64,000 bases of DNA from a virus (Duplodnaviria; Heunggongvirae; Uroviricota; Caudoviricetes), in IMG/VR virus record IMGVR_UViG_2687453454_000003, positions 1,823-65,822 of that record. One strand, given 5' to 3'. Both the position numbers and the translations under genes were made by a program. This document shows, one piece after another, positions 31,008 to 40,948 of this stretch; position 1 is the first letter of the stretch; each line of letters begins with the position of its first letter. The notes beneath the pieces were generated by a model. That model saw only the letters and a list, made by a program, of their open reading frames with translations, did no database searches and had not been told where the DNA came from.

Positions 31008-34000
31008 TACCGATATGCTCCACTTAACCGACCACCATCACGGGCCTGCTGTTGCATAAAGTCCGCTGCCGCTTTTTTCCCGAGGTCATAAACCACCTTC
31101 AGGGCAGCCGGACCTATCTGCCCGTTCGTGCCATCGTTATTGATCTCGATGTTGTACTGCGGGGCAAACATCGCCATACCTGAACCACCAATATCCGCCA
31201 CAACCCCCAGCTTACCGTCAGCACCACGACGCAGTGGCAGAATGGCTTCAGGTCCCGCTTCCCCCATCACACCCGCGCCTTTTGCAAAAGCAAAAAACGT
31301 CGGACGGTTAACCACCGTGCCACTGTAACGACTCAAATCAGCAGACTGATAAATCCCCCCATTGGCATTCAGGGAAAGGCTGCTGAGATCAAATCCCAGT
31401 ACACTGCCAATCCCTTTTATCGATTTCATCATGGTTGCCTGCGCCAGGATTTTCGCCATATCTGACAGCACAGAAGAGGTGAAGGATTTGAAATTGAGTT
31501 TGCCGGTAGTGACAAAAGTTGCCAGGCCATTTCCCATGTTGCTGAAGGCTGACGAGAACACCTGTTCTGCTGTTCCTGCCGTATTATCTGCATCCACGGT
31601 AAAATCCTGAAATGCACGCAGGACTCCGTTTTTCCAGTTACCCTGCACAACTTCAAGCTGTTGCCAGTAACGGCGATTCTCATTCAGTTGTCGGTTCAGG
31701 CTCTCCGTCAGCGCCTGCTCGGCCTTTCTGTAGTCATCCGTGTTATATGTTCCTTTCTGCTCACTATCCCGCCTCAACTGCTCCAGCTGTTGCTGGTATT
31801 TCTGGCGAAGACTCAGTTGTACCTGATATCGCTGCCGCTGCTGATCACCCATACCCACCGTGGCGATATCCAGGTCATGTTGCTGACGCTGAGCGCGCTC
31901 TTCTTCAGCCAGTTGACTGGTCAGCTGAATTGTTTTTTTCTTCAGCTCGTTGAGTGCCGTCTGTTTCTGAAGCTCCTGCTGTTTTACATCCAGCAGCGTC
32001 AGTGCCTGAATCAGTTCATCTTTACGGGCCAGCACACTCTTTTCATCTGCCGTCAGTTTTTTCCCGTCCAGGTCGCTGATGCGCTGCTGCAGAGCCAGAA
32101 GCTGTTTATGCGCTTCTGTCATCCTTTCCGTGGCAATGCCTGCTGACTGTCTGGCAGCAGCAATCTGTCCTTCCACCTGTGCCTGTTGCTGACTGTACTG
32201 CAGCAATAACCGGGTGGCCTCATCATTACGGGTTTCGCGTGTTTTTTTCTTACCGGATGCCAGGGCTTTCTCGTAACGTTCATTTTCACGTTGTATCGCC
32301 GCATCCCTGACAGCCTGATCGGCGTACTGCATGGCATTAATACGCGCAATTTCACGCTGATGTCGTGCAGCTTCCGTTTCATTCATCCGGTTCAGTGCAG
32401 CATTTTCAGCATTACGGCGTTTCTGTTGCTCCTGATAATTCCGCTCTGCCTGCTCTTTTGCATCCTGCAAATCCTTCTGGCGTTTTTTCTCCTGAAGCTC
32501 GTTAAGACGCTGCTGATCGTATTCAACCTGAGAAGATGATGCCGTCCAGGGGAGTCTTTTCGCCCGCGACACTTTCTCCTGTAAAGCGGCAATCTGTTCA
32601 TCCAGCGAGTCTTCACGACCAATATTCATGGCCGCATCCCAGAAACGACTCCATAAATCAGACAGATACTTCAGCGTACTGCCCAGCGCATTGAGGTTAT
32701 TATCAATATCCGCAGTACGCCGACCGGTTTCCTCTGCCAGTGCAGACATGGCTATCCGTGCAGCATCACTGGACCGTCCCTGATCCCCAAGGACACGTAT
32801 CTGCTCAAGCTGAGTGGCAGTAAGAAAATGCAGCTCATTGTCCAGAGCCTTCGCGGCATTTACAGGATCATCCTTCAGCCGCTTAAACTGATTTATGGTA
32901 TCGCTGACCGACTGGCCAACAGATCGCTCCATCTGTGCGGCAGCTCTCGCCACCATACCGATATCGTTTCCACGAAATGCACCACTCCCCACCACCTGAG
33001 CCAGCGCACCGGCTGCAGCATGTTGCGTGATACCATTCCCGGAAATAGCACGACTGAGCGTCCACAGCTGCCCGGCAGTGACTCCGGCATAATGCCCCGT
33101 CAGCGACAGCTGGCGGTTAAATTCTTCCCCCTCCTTCTGACCGTCATACCAGGCTTTACCCAGACCATAGACAGCCGCGGCAATACCGCCAATAACCCCG
33201 CCAAGCATCATGCCTTTCGGTGACATCAGTGTGTCTATCCACCCGGCACGGTTAGCCAGCGTTATTCCGGATCCCCTCAGCGCACCTAAATTTCCGCGGG
33301 CCAGTTCACCTATCAGAACGCCTATCTCCTGACGGGCCGCTGCACTTTTCAGACCCAGCGAATGCGTGGCTTTTCCTGCCTGCTCCATTTTGCGGATATA
33401 CACTTCTGCAGCACTGCTTACCCCCAGCTGGGCAGCCTTAGCACGAAGCAACTCAGAAGAAGAAAGATTCTGGCGGGTTGCCTGCTCTTTAAGCTGACGG
33501 ATAAACGCCACTTTCTGTCGGGTAGCCTCTTCCTCAGCCTGTGTAAGAACACGGGTTTTCGCCGTAACCTCAGAAATCAGCGCCAGATAATCCTGCTGAC
33601 CAATCCCGCCACTGCTTCTGGCCTGTCGGATCTGCTGCTGAATACGCTGTAATTCCTGCAGCCCCGCACTGGCCTGTTTCACACTGTCAATCTGACGATA
33701 AAACGCAGCAGCCGCTTTATCCTGAGCCTCCGCCAGAGCCATGGCCTGCGCCTGTTCCTCGCGCATTTTCTGGCTCAGCGCCTCCATGCGCTGGCGGGTT
33801 TTCTCCACCTCGCGGGCCATGCGTTCATGAGCCTGTGCGTTCTTCTCCACTGTCTGCGCATGGACGGATGCGGCTGTTGCAGCCGAAGACGCCGCCTGCG
33901 TTGTCTGCCGGGCGGCCTGAGTCTGACGCTCCATAAAACGCTGCATACGGGCAGAAGACCGTTCTGCATCGCTGGCTGCACCATTCAGAAGGTTTTTGAT

Positions 34001-34072
34001 ACGGGGAATTTCATTTTTAAACTCTGCCGCATCAATCCCCAAATCAATGACCAGGTTGGCTATCTGGTCCAT
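31007..34072 (-). CDS. H: tail tape measure protein H
   Basis: About 1020 aa, coiled-coil rich; start refined to MDQIANLVIDLGIDAAEF (lambda H begins similarly); ATGA overlap with M. Confidence 0.85.
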   Translation of the reverse strand: MDQIANLVIDLGIDAAEFKNEIPRIKNLLNGAASDAERSSARMQRFMERQTQAARQTTQAASSAATAASVHAQTVEKNAQAHERMAREVEKTRQRMEALSQKMREEQAQAMALAEAQDKAAAAFYRQIDSVKQASAGLQELQRIQQQIRQARSSGGIGQQDYLALISEVTAKTRVLTQAEEEATRQKVAFIRQLKEQATRQNLSSSELLRAKAAQLGVSSAAEVYIRKMEQAGKATHSLGLKSAAARQEIGVLIGELARGNLGALRGSGITLANRAGWIDTLMSPKGMMLGGVIGGIAAAVYGLGKAWYDGQKEGEEFNRQLSLTGHYAGVTAGQLWTLSRAISGNGITQHAAAGALAQVVGSGAFRGNDIGMVARAAAQMERSVGQSVSDTINQFKRLKDDPVNAAKALDNELHFLTATQLEQIRVLGDQGRSSDAARIAMSALAEETGRRTADIDNNLNALGSTLKYLSDLWSRFWDAAMNIGREDSLDEQIAALQEKVSRAKRLPWTASSSQVEYDQQRLNELQEKKRQKDLQDAKEQAERNYQEQQKRRNAENAALNRMNETEAARHQREIARINAMQYADQAVRDAAIQRENERYEKALASGKKKTRETRNDEATRLLLQYSQQQAQVEGQIAAARQSAGIATERMTEAHKQLLALQQRISDLDGKKLTADEKSVLARKDELIQALTLLDVKQQELQKQTALNELKKKTIQLTSQLAEEERAQRQQHDLDIATVGMGDQQRQRYQVQLSLRQKYQQQLEQLRRDSEQKGTYNTDDYRKAEQALTESLNRQLNENRRYWQQLEVVQGNWKNGVLRAFQDFTVDADNTAGTAEQVFSSAFSNMGNGLATFVTTGKLNFKSFTSSVLSDMAKILAQATMMKSIKGIGSVLGFDLSSLSLNANGGIYQSADLSRYSGTVVNRPTFFAFAKGAGVMGEAGPEAILPLRRGADGKLGVVADIGGSGMAMFAPQYNIEINNDGTNGQIGPAALKVVYDLGKKAAADFMQQQARDGGRLSGAYR

Positions 34073-34406
34073 AACGCACACCTCCGGAAATACCTTCCCC
34101 AAGATGCATCAGTTCTTCGTCCGTTCGCTCCGGTATCCCGTTCTCTTCCGGTAAAAGGCTGAAATCAGCCACCGCAGCATCACTGCTGCCGGACACCATT
34201 CTCACGATCAATGCCTTCAGCGAGGCAAACTGCGCATCCATCCACACATCACTGAAGCTCTGCATCCGGAAATAATCGCCCCACTCACCAAGCTCAGTGG
34301 CCGACATTTCCGACAGCATCCGCCGCCAGTCTGCCCGCCGGAACTCCCGGGCAAGCCGCATGACAAACTGCATTTCCCGCGTCAGGACTTTTCCGGCGTC
34401 AGCACC
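34044..34406 (-). CDS. T: tail assembly chaperone T frame (expressed as G-T fusion by -1 frameshift)
   Basis: ORF in the -1 frame relative to G, open from 34406 down to 34044, overlapping the G 3' end; lambda G/T arrangement. Confidence 0.7.
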   Translation of the reverse strand, partial: GADAGKVLTREMQFVMRLAREFRRADWRRMLSEMSATELGEWGDYFRMQSFSDVWMDAQFASLKALIVRMVSGSSDAAVADFSLLPEENGIPERTDEELMHLGEGISGGVRYGPDSQPGH

Positions 34407-34768
34407 TCATGCTCCAAATCCCCGGCATTATCAATGGCCCCCATACCGCTCAGCGACAGAACCATCTCCGCCCCCGCACCCAGGGCATCATACGACCATG
34501 TTGTAATAACGGATGCGTAAAGCGTCTCAACATCCTGAGACTGTTCCGCATTCCACAGTGAGCGGGAAACCAGCCAGGCATTGATATCCATCCCCATCCG
34601 CAGAAAAGCAATCTGTCGTTCAGCCTCCGGCAGTTCTCCCTCTTCGGCATCAAACTTTGCCGTTCGCTGCTGAACAAACGCCAGATATTCAATTCTCTGC
34701 AGCCCGGACAGCTCACTGAGCACCACGGACTGCTTTTCATAATTAAACGTGCCCTGTTTCAGAAACAT
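34382..34768 (-). CDS. G: tail assembly chaperone G
   Basis: Start refined to MFLKQGTF (lambda G begins MFLKTESF); SELSGLQRIEYLA motif as in lambda G. Confidence 0.8.
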   Translation of the reverse strand: MFLKQGTFNYEKQSVVLSELSGLQRIEYLAFVQQRTAKFDAEEGELPEAERQIAFLRMGMDINAWLVSRSLWNAEQSQDVETLYASVITTWSYDALGAGAEMVLSLSGMGAIDNAGDLEHEVLTPEKS

Positions 34769-34828
34769 CATGTTCTCCACCTGCAAAAAAGCCCCGGATA
34801 ACCGGGGCAAATGATGAGTATCGTCCTG

Positions 34829-35578
34829 TTAACCTGCGGCGCTGACAGCCACCGCAGCCACTGCCACAAAATCGCCGTCAGAAGTCATGCCCACAATGCT
34901 GACACTGCCCTGCTTCACGCCTTTCACCGTGGCCACAAGCCCGTTCAGGGTCACCGTGGCAGTCTGTGGATCTGTCGAATGCACACTGATCGCTTTGTCA
35001 CTGGCTCCGTCAGGTTTTACTGTAAAGGTCAGCGTGGTGGTTGCTCCCACTTTTACACTGGCAGATGCCGGTGCCACCGTCAGCCCGGTAACGCTCACGG
35101 TTTCAGTGCCTTCCTCTGCCAGATACGGACGCCCCACACCGCTGATTTTCACTGTGCGGGTCATCACGTCTTTTGAGGCAATGGTTTTACCCAGTGAGCT
35201 CAGCCAGCCACGGAAAACATCAACAGTGCCGTTGGGATATTTGATACGAAACGCGCAGACTTCACCGGAGTCGAACAACTGAACCAGTTTTTTCTGCCCG
35301 CTGTCACCCGGACGCCAGGCCAGCGTCGCCGAAGTATCACCGACGGATTTCTGCCCCTGGGTTGTCGTTTTCCAGTCTGCATCTTCATCATCGAGATAAG
35401 TGTCATCTTCTGCATCAGCGGTCATTTCGCCAGGTTGCAGATCCTTCACCATCGCAAGACGCAGCCAGTCAGTGTCCGATAAAGGGTTCGCAAACGCATC
35501 GCCCTTGCCGGTGTACATCCAGAACGTCGTTCCCGCACCTTTCGTTTTTGCCAGTGGATTTGGTGTGGTCATTGCCAC
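34829..35578 (-). CDS. V: major tail protein V (with C-terminal Ig-like domain)
   Basis: 249 aa; lambda gpV size and position; C-terminal Ig-like segment (VTGLTVAPASASVKVGATTTLTFTVKP). Confidence 0.85.
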   Translation of the reverse strand: MAMTTPNPLAKTKGAGTTFWMYTGKGDAFANPLSDTDWLRLAMVKDLQPGEMTADAEDDTYLDDEDADWKTTTQGQKSVGDTSATLAWRPGDSGQKKLVQLFDSGEVCAFRIKYPNGTVDVFRGWLSSLGKTIASKDVMTRTVKISGVGRPYLAEEGTETVSVTGLTVAPASASVKVGATTTLTFTVKPDGASDKAISVHSTDPQTATVTLNGLVATVKGVKQGSVSIVGMTSDGDFVAVAAVAVSAAG

Positions 35579-35583
35579 CTCCT

Positions 35584-35997
35584 TTAATTCGTGTACGTGA
35601 TCTGGTACGTGATTTCCGCCATCGCCCAGGTGGCCATCTCATTATCACGTTGATAGTTAAAACCGAGTGGGATCAGGGTGTCGATGAGTCCGGAAAGTGC
35701 CGGTATATCATTCAGAGCCGGGAAAATGGTGCTCTCCATCCACATATCCAGCTCTGAATCCGGTGCCTGTGCCCGGATGAAGACAGCAATATGCAGAACA
35801 GCCTGCCAGTCATCTTCATCCGTCATTTTTCCGGTGTACTGAGCATCACTCAGCCACACCGCCACGGCAGGCAGTTCCTGCGCATCAATAAATGCCGGAA
35901 GCCCGTCAAAAAACGTGGCGCTGTCTCCACACTGTTCCCGAAGGCGTGCCAGTACGGCCTGGCGGATTTGTGTATGTCGGTTCATCGGGTCAGCCAT
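35584..35997 (-). CDS. U: tail terminator protein U
   Basis: 137 aa; lambda gpU-like motifs (ATFFDG..., PAVAVWL, PDSELDMWMES). Confidence 0.85.
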   Translation of the reverse strand: MADPMNRHTQIRQAVLARLREQCGDSATFFDGLPAFIDAQELPAVAVWLSDAQYTGKMTDEDDWQAVLHIAVFIRAQAPDSELDMWMESTIFPALNDIPALSGLIDTLIPLGFNYQRDNEMATWAMAEITYQITYTN

Positions 35998-36560
35998 AAC
36001 CTCAGTTGTTGTTTCAGTGCATACCCCAGCTGTTTCGGCATTTCCGCAGCAATAATGCGGTCGCGGGCATCTTCAAATGCCTGTGTCAGCGGTCCGGACA
36101 GCGGGACTTTCACCACATCAATGGGGTAACGATTTTTGCCATCAATACGCCGCATCACATGCCAGCGACCATTCGCCAGTTGCTGAATAAACGCATCCCG
36201 GAAAAGATATTTACCCACCTTCAGCACACTGCCACGGTACTGCAGTTTTCCACCACGCCGGGCCAGTCTGACCCGGGCTGTCCCCAGCTTAATAGCGGGC
36301 AGATTGCCCCGGTTAACGCGGATCCTGGCCGTCATTTTTCCTGACGGACTGGCTTTAAACACCCGGACACGCTGACGTACCAGTTTCAGGGTGATCCCTT
36401 TCACCTGGTTATCTCCCGCAACGGTATTCCCGGCAACCTGCCGGGTGGCGACCGAGACCGCTTTCTGTGCCACACGGTTTATCGCCCATGCGCTGGCCTG
36501 TGGCACCATACGGGTATCAAGGCTGTTCAGATTACGGATGGCATTCTCAAGCCCCTTCAT
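35982..36560 (-). CDS. Z: tail completion protein Z
   Basis: 192 aa, same length as lambda gpZ; shared motifs (IKGLE, INRVA, GNLPAIKLG, FIQQLANGRWHVMRRIDGKNRYPIDVVK, LGYALKQQLR). Confidence 0.9.
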   Translation of the reverse strand: MKGLENAIRNLNSLDTRMVPQASAWAINRVAQKAVSVATRQVAGNTVAGDNQVKGITLKLVRQRVRVFKASPSGKMTARIRVNRGNLPAIKLGTARVRLARRGGKLQYRGSVLKVGKYLFRDAFIQQLANGRWHVMRRIDGKNRYPIDVVKVPLSGPLTQAFEDARDRIIAAEMPKQLGYALKQQLRLWLTR

Positions 36561-36571
36561 CCCACACCTCT

Positions 36572-36847
36572 TTACTCAATAAAGATCATTGGCTTACCGT
36601 TAAAACGTTCATGCCGTGTGACCGTCCATTGTTGTCCGTCATAAACAACGCGATCCCCGCGCCGTGGGCGGTATCCCGAAGAAAACACCACCAGAGAGAC
36701 CGCAGGTCCGGACAGAGCATTCAGCTCTGCCAGTGTTTCTCCCGGGATCACAGTCATATCGGCATCATTAATCGAGGCTGTCTTTCCCATCTTTCTGACC
36801 GTGATCGCATCCATACGCGCTGCCAGCCGGGAAAAGGGATCAGACAT
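36572..36847 (-). CDS. head-tail joining protein (FII-like)
   Basis: 91 aa immediately upstream of Z; RRGD...W.V.R motif as in lambda FII. Confidence 0.55.
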   Translation of the reverse strand: MSDPFSRLAARMDAITVRKMGKTASINDADMTVIPGETLAELNALSGPAVSLVVFSSGYRPRRGDRVVYDGQQWTVTRHERFNGKPMIFIE

Positions 36848-37163
36848 TGAGTTTTACCGGCACTTCTTCTGCACTGGTTCCGGCATCTGCCCAGACAACC
36901 CCGACCAGCGGATCAGAGCCGCTGTTAGTCAGCTGAACTTTTCCGGACTTCAGATAAACCTTCTTACCCGTTTTCATGTCATCCGTTTTCAGCTTAGGCA
37001 GCATAAACACACCTTCGGTCATGCCGTCGCCTGTTTCACCCTGTGGAATATCGGTCAGCGCCACCGCAAAAACATCACCCACCTGCACCAGATCTCCGCT
37101 GCTGATGGCTGCACTGGCAACAATCGCCACCGTTTTTCCTTCTTCTACAAAATTCTTTGCCAT
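36840..37163 (-). CDS. small head-associated protein (FI/decoration-like, uncertain)
   Basis: Start refined to MAKNFVEEG with GGAG SD; position between capsid gene and FII-like gene. Confidence 0.4.
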   Translation of the reverse strand: MAKNFVEEGKTVAIVASAAISSGDLVQVGDVFAVALTDIPQGETGDGMTEGVFMLPKLKTDDMKTGKKVYLKSGKVQLTNSGSDPLVGVVWADAGTSAEEVPVKLNV

Positions 37164-37249
37164 AACTGTCTCCGCACAGCCCCGTTCAGGGGCTGATTTC
37201 AGGTACAAAAAAAGCCCTTACGGGCCATCAGAGTTGTTGTCTGCGACGT

Positions 37250-39208
37250 TTACGCCGTACATTTCACCAGACCGCGGTGATCAACTGGCGCGACACCGGC
37301 GTCAATACGCACTTTCGTTGTCACGCCATCCACACTGAAGCCCTCCATCTGATCAATATATGGCGTATCCACACCGTTGAGATAAGCCACTTCAATCGTA
37401 TCGGAGCCTTTTGACGCAGCCAGGTAGAAGGTGGTCTGGCTGTTATCATCAAGACGAGGCTCTGCAATAACGGTCGCAAAATCTTTCACCGGGTTAATAA
37501 TACCGGCGTTAATGTCAGCCCCCTTGACACTTGAGGAGCGAATGACCTGGTTAGCAACAGACTCCATCGCCGTCGGTACCAGTACGAACGCAGGACGAAT
37601 ATTCAGATGACGCTCCCCCTCTTTCTGAACGCGCATCAACTGGCGGGCTTTATCCAGCGATGCCACGTCCATTGCAGCGCTCTCCAGTACGTTTGCATGT
37701 TTCGCTTTATCGAACAGACTTACATTATCTGTGGAGATTTTCGGGTTAGACGTCAGAATGGCATAAACCAGATCGGCAATAGTGGATTTCGCCGCACGGC
37801 CCAGTTTCATCGGGACATCGGTCAGCATATTCAGATCATCATTGATAATGGCCTGACGGGTGATACTGAACAGCTCGCCATAGGTCGCCAGTGCAATAGT
37901 GGCCTGTTTATCTCCGGTGGTGACGTATTTATATTCCACCCCTTCACGCACCTGACGCAGAGCACTGAAGCCACCCATACCCACACGATGGGCAATTTTA
38001 AAATCAGACAACTGACCTTTCCGCGTCCACTGTTCATAGGTTTCAGGGGCATCTTCCCAGCCCTGCAGAATGGCTTTGTTCGCAACATCCAGCAGAATAT
38101 TACCGAAGTCAGACGTACTGTGTGTGAACGCCGCACCGACCATCTGCATCGGGTTATAACTGGAAACCCCAATACCCCGTTCAGTCAGTGACATACGGGC
38201 ATATTCACGCAGGGTCATCCCGTTGTAGACATTATCACGTTCGGTTTTTTCAAATCCGGCACGCGCCATCAGCGCCTGGCGGATCCCGTCCCCCACAAAA
38301 TTACCGTTACCGGCATAAATATGAGCCGGGGTATTTTTATTGGATGGCGTGGACTCGCGCCCCATCTCGTTCAACAGCTTTTCGCGGGCCTGCTCCAGCG
38401 AACATTCAGGATCGGCAAAACACTGAGCCTGCAGCGTCTGATAACGCCCGCCAAACATGGCAAACAGATCATTAATACCGTTTACACGCGCTTTTTGCTC
38501 TGCCAGTACCTGCGCACGGATGCTGTTTTCATCCACCACGGGTGCTGCTGCCTGCACTGGCGTCCGGGAGGCTTCAGGTTCATTATCCTGTACGCGTGGA
38601 GCACTGTTGCGTGGCGGAGTAATCATGTTTCGAATGGATTCCGGCATCTTTTTAAATTCCTCTGTACGTTTTGACTGAATACATGCCATTGCCTTAACGG
38701 CTGGCGTTACCTGATCAGCAAATCCATGTGCCAGACATTCGGCACCGGACATCCAGGTCTCATCCGCCAGCATGGCAGCAATTTCATCGGTGGTTTTCCC
38801 GGTTTTCTGTGCATAAGCGGGTAACAGAACCGCCTCAACTTTATCGAGCAGGTCGGCATAGGTGCGCATGTCCTCCGCATCACCGCCCGTAAAGCCAAAT
38901 GGTTTATGAATCATCATGAAGGTGTTTTCCGGCATAATGACCGGGTTTCCCACCATCGCAATGACCGACGCCATTGACGCCGCCACACCGTCGACATAAA
39001 CGGTAATGGACGCACCATGTGTTTTCAGCGCATTAAAAATGGCGATGCCTTCAAAGACATCGCCACCCGGTGAATTAATATGGAGATTAATGTGGGTGAT
39101 ATCGCCCAGTGCATTCAGATCACTGATAAACTGCTTCGCTGTAACACCCCAGAAACCAATCTCGTCATAAATATAAATATCCGCGTCACTCTGGTGACCA
39201 GCCTGCAT
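37250..39208 (-). CDS. ClpP-like prohead protease fused to major capsid protein
   Basis: N-terminal half has ClpP/S14-type protease segments (INSPGGDVFEGIAIFNAL, AASMASVIAMVG, MIHKP); C-terminal about 350 aa capsid-like; start refined to MQAGHQ (39208) just after the portal stop. Confidence 0.75.
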   Translation of the reverse strand: MQAGHQSDADIYIYDEIGFWGVTAKQFISDLNALGDITHINLHINSPGGDVFEGIAIFNALKTHGASITVYVDGVAASMASVIAMVGNPVIMPENTFMMIHKPFGFTGGDAEDMRTYADLLDKVEAVLLPAYAQKTGKTTDEIAAMLADETWMSGAECLAHGFADQVTPAVKAMACIQSKRTEEFKKMPESIRNMITPPRNSAPRVQDNEPEASRTPVQAAAPVVDENSIRAQVLAEQKARVNGINDLFAMFGGRYQTLQAQCFADPECSLEQAREKLLNEMGRESTPSNKNTPAHIYAGNGNFVGDGIRQALMARAGFEKTERDNVYNGMTLREYARMSLTERGIGVSSYNPMQMVGAAFTHSTSDFGNILLDVANKAILQGWEDAPETYEQWTRKGQLSDFKIAHRVGMGGFSALRQVREGVEYKYVTTGDKQATIALATYGELFSITRQAIINDDLNMLTDVPMKLGRAAKSTIADLVYAILTSNPKISTDNVSLFDKAKHANVLESAAMDVASLDKARQLMRVQKEGERHLNIRPAFVLVPTAMESVANQVIRSSSVKGADINAGIINPVKDFATVIAEPRLDDNSQTTFYLAASKGSDTIEVAYLNGVDTPYIDQMEGFSVDGVTTKVRIDAGVAPVDHRGLVKCTA

Positions 39209-39221
39209 CCTGAACCAGGAA

Positions 39222-40730
39222 TTATTCTTCGGACTGGTCGTCGGTGTGCTGCGGCTCCTGTCGTTTCGTTGCGGCACTGCTGCCTCCTTTATCACTGGCC
39301 GGATCGGTATCAAATACCAGATCCAGTTTGCGGTTTTCATCAATTTCGGCCTTGCGCCGACGTTTGACATCATCCGGATTACGACCACCAGCACGTACCC
39401 AGTCTGATTCTGTCGCCGCTCCACCACGAATCTGGATTTTCCAGGCCTCAGCCTCCTTAACAGGGTCAATCCACGGCATCACCGGTCCGGAATACACCGC
39501 GGTATACAGTGAAGAACGGTCAAGATCGCGGGGTAGCCTGATAACACCGGATGCCACAGCCTGTTTCAGCCAGGCACGATACATCGGACGGGTGACGGCA
39601 CCAATAAACCAGTCCTGCAGGATCAGGTAGCCATCAGTGGATTCAACCAGCTCCTGACGCTGGGCGCTGTAAGTGCCGTTATAGTTGCGCGCTGTACTGG
39701 AAAAACTCAGACGACTGCCCGCCGCCACGGCACGCAACTGACCATTACGAAAAGTTTCAAGGTTAGGATTGGGGCGATCCGACTTCACCATTCCGATTTC
39801 TTCGCCGGGTTTCAGATCATCGTAAATAATGCCTGGCTGAATGGTAAGCTCGCGTTCCTTATCCTTGCTGCCATTACCATCCGCTTCATAGCTCTGCCCG
39901 TCGCCTTTCCGGATGTACATCCCCAGAGCAGCGGCGATCCTTGCTGCAGTCAGCTCAGAATCTTCATACTCTTTCAGGGCACTGAGGCGGATCAGCACAC
40001 CGGACAATAAAGACGTCCCGCGCATCTGGTGCAGACGGCGAACAAATTTAAGATGCAGCATTCGCTCTGCATCCACTTCTTTGGTTTCCATCTGCCGTCC
40101 GGATACGGGACGGCTTTTATACACCAGATATTTTTCGGGACGCCCCCAGTCATCAACAAACACGCCCTGATTCAGCCTGTTGCTCTCATCACTGGTCATG
40201 GGAATAAAGTCCGGCTCGAGCGCCTCCAGCCAGAAATGAACACCGGCAGAAGGCGTCAGGCTGTTTATGCGCCCGGAAACCATCTGGGCAAACACCTCAC
40301 CATCGCGCAGCCAGGTACGCAGCATCAGACGTTCCAGCATCGGACGGGTAAACTGCCCGGTGACTTCCGGGCTGACAGACCATTCACTCCATCGGGTGCG
40401 AATCTCCGCAGCCAGATCACGGGCAATGGCCCCATTGCGTAATACCGGATGTGGCTCGACAATAATCCCGTTTTTCCCCACCACCCGTTCTTCCAGCTTG
40501 TCAAATACACCAATGACCAGATCGTGGTTGTTATCAAGGTAACGGGCCTGCTCACGTAACGACACGGCCCCGTACTGGCTTAACTGGTCGGCAGTTCGGT
40601 TTTCCCGCCGGGCTTTGTGTGTCCGCGTCGTTTTTACGGCCTCATAAGCCTGGATCACCGCCCGGGAACGCAGCCTTGCCGCTTTCCATCCTGGTGAAAA
40701 AACGCCAATCACATCATCAAGAATTGCCAT
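39222..40730 (-). CDS. portal protein (lambda gpB family)
   Basis: About 500 aa; start refined to MAILDD (TGATG overlap with W stop); position between W and the protease-capsid gene. Confidence 0.8.
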   Translation of the reverse strand: MAILDDVIGVFSPGWKAARLRSRAVIQAYEAVKTTRTHKARRENRTADQLSQYGAVSLREQARYLDNNHDLVIGVFDKLEERVVGKNGIIVEPHPVLRNGAIARDLAAEIRTRWSEWSVSPEVTGQFTRPMLERLMLRTWLRDGEVFAQMVSGRINSLTPSAGVHFWLEALEPDFIPMTSDESNRLNQGVFVDDWGRPEKYLVYKSRPVSGRQMETKEVDAERMLHLKFVRRLHQMRGTSLLSGVLIRLSALKEYEDSELTAARIAAALGMYIRKGDGQSYEADGNGSKDKERELTIQPGIIYDDLKPGEEIGMVKSDRPNPNLETFRNGQLRAVAAGSRLSFSSTARNYNGTYSAQRQELVESTDGYLILQDWFIGAVTRPMYRAWLKQAVASGVIRLPRDLDRSSLYTAVYSGPVMPWIDPVKEAEAWKIQIRGGAATESDWVRAGGRNPDDVKRRRKAEIDENRKLDLVFDTDPASDKGGSSAATKRQEPQHTDDQSEE

Positions 40731-40948
40731 CAGAACCTCGCCAGCCGGTACCCGGGATGCCCCCGTCGTCGTGTAATCAGAGCCGCAAGGCGGCGCTCCC
40801 ACTCCTGCCGTCCCTGCCGGATCTCAGATAAGTTTTCCATGGTCATCTGCTGACCATTAAAGGTGACGGATTTTCCGTCCAGCACCGCCATTTCAGCTTC
40901 CGTATAACGCTGAATCATGGCTTCGATATCATTCTGGTTCATAACCAT
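40730..40948 (-). CDS. W: head-tail joining protein W-like
   Basis: 72 aa between terL and portal; C-terminal RRRG motif as in lambda gpW. Confidence 0.65.
   Translation of the reverse strand: MVMNQNDIEAMIQRYTEAEMAVLDGKSVTFNGQQMTMENLSEIRQGRQEWERRLAALITRRRGHPGYRLARF

Noticed and set aside
31661-32146. 161-aa plus-strand ORF inside tape measure gene H
   Set aside because: Antisense to H; Leu-rich reverse-frame artefact
36976-37338. Plus-strand 120-aa and other short ORFs overlapping the head gene cluster
   Set aside because: Antisense to a tightly packed, co-directional structural operon
37607-38191. 194-aa plus-strand ORF inside the protease-capsid gene
   Set aside because: Antisense overlap with a conserved structural gene
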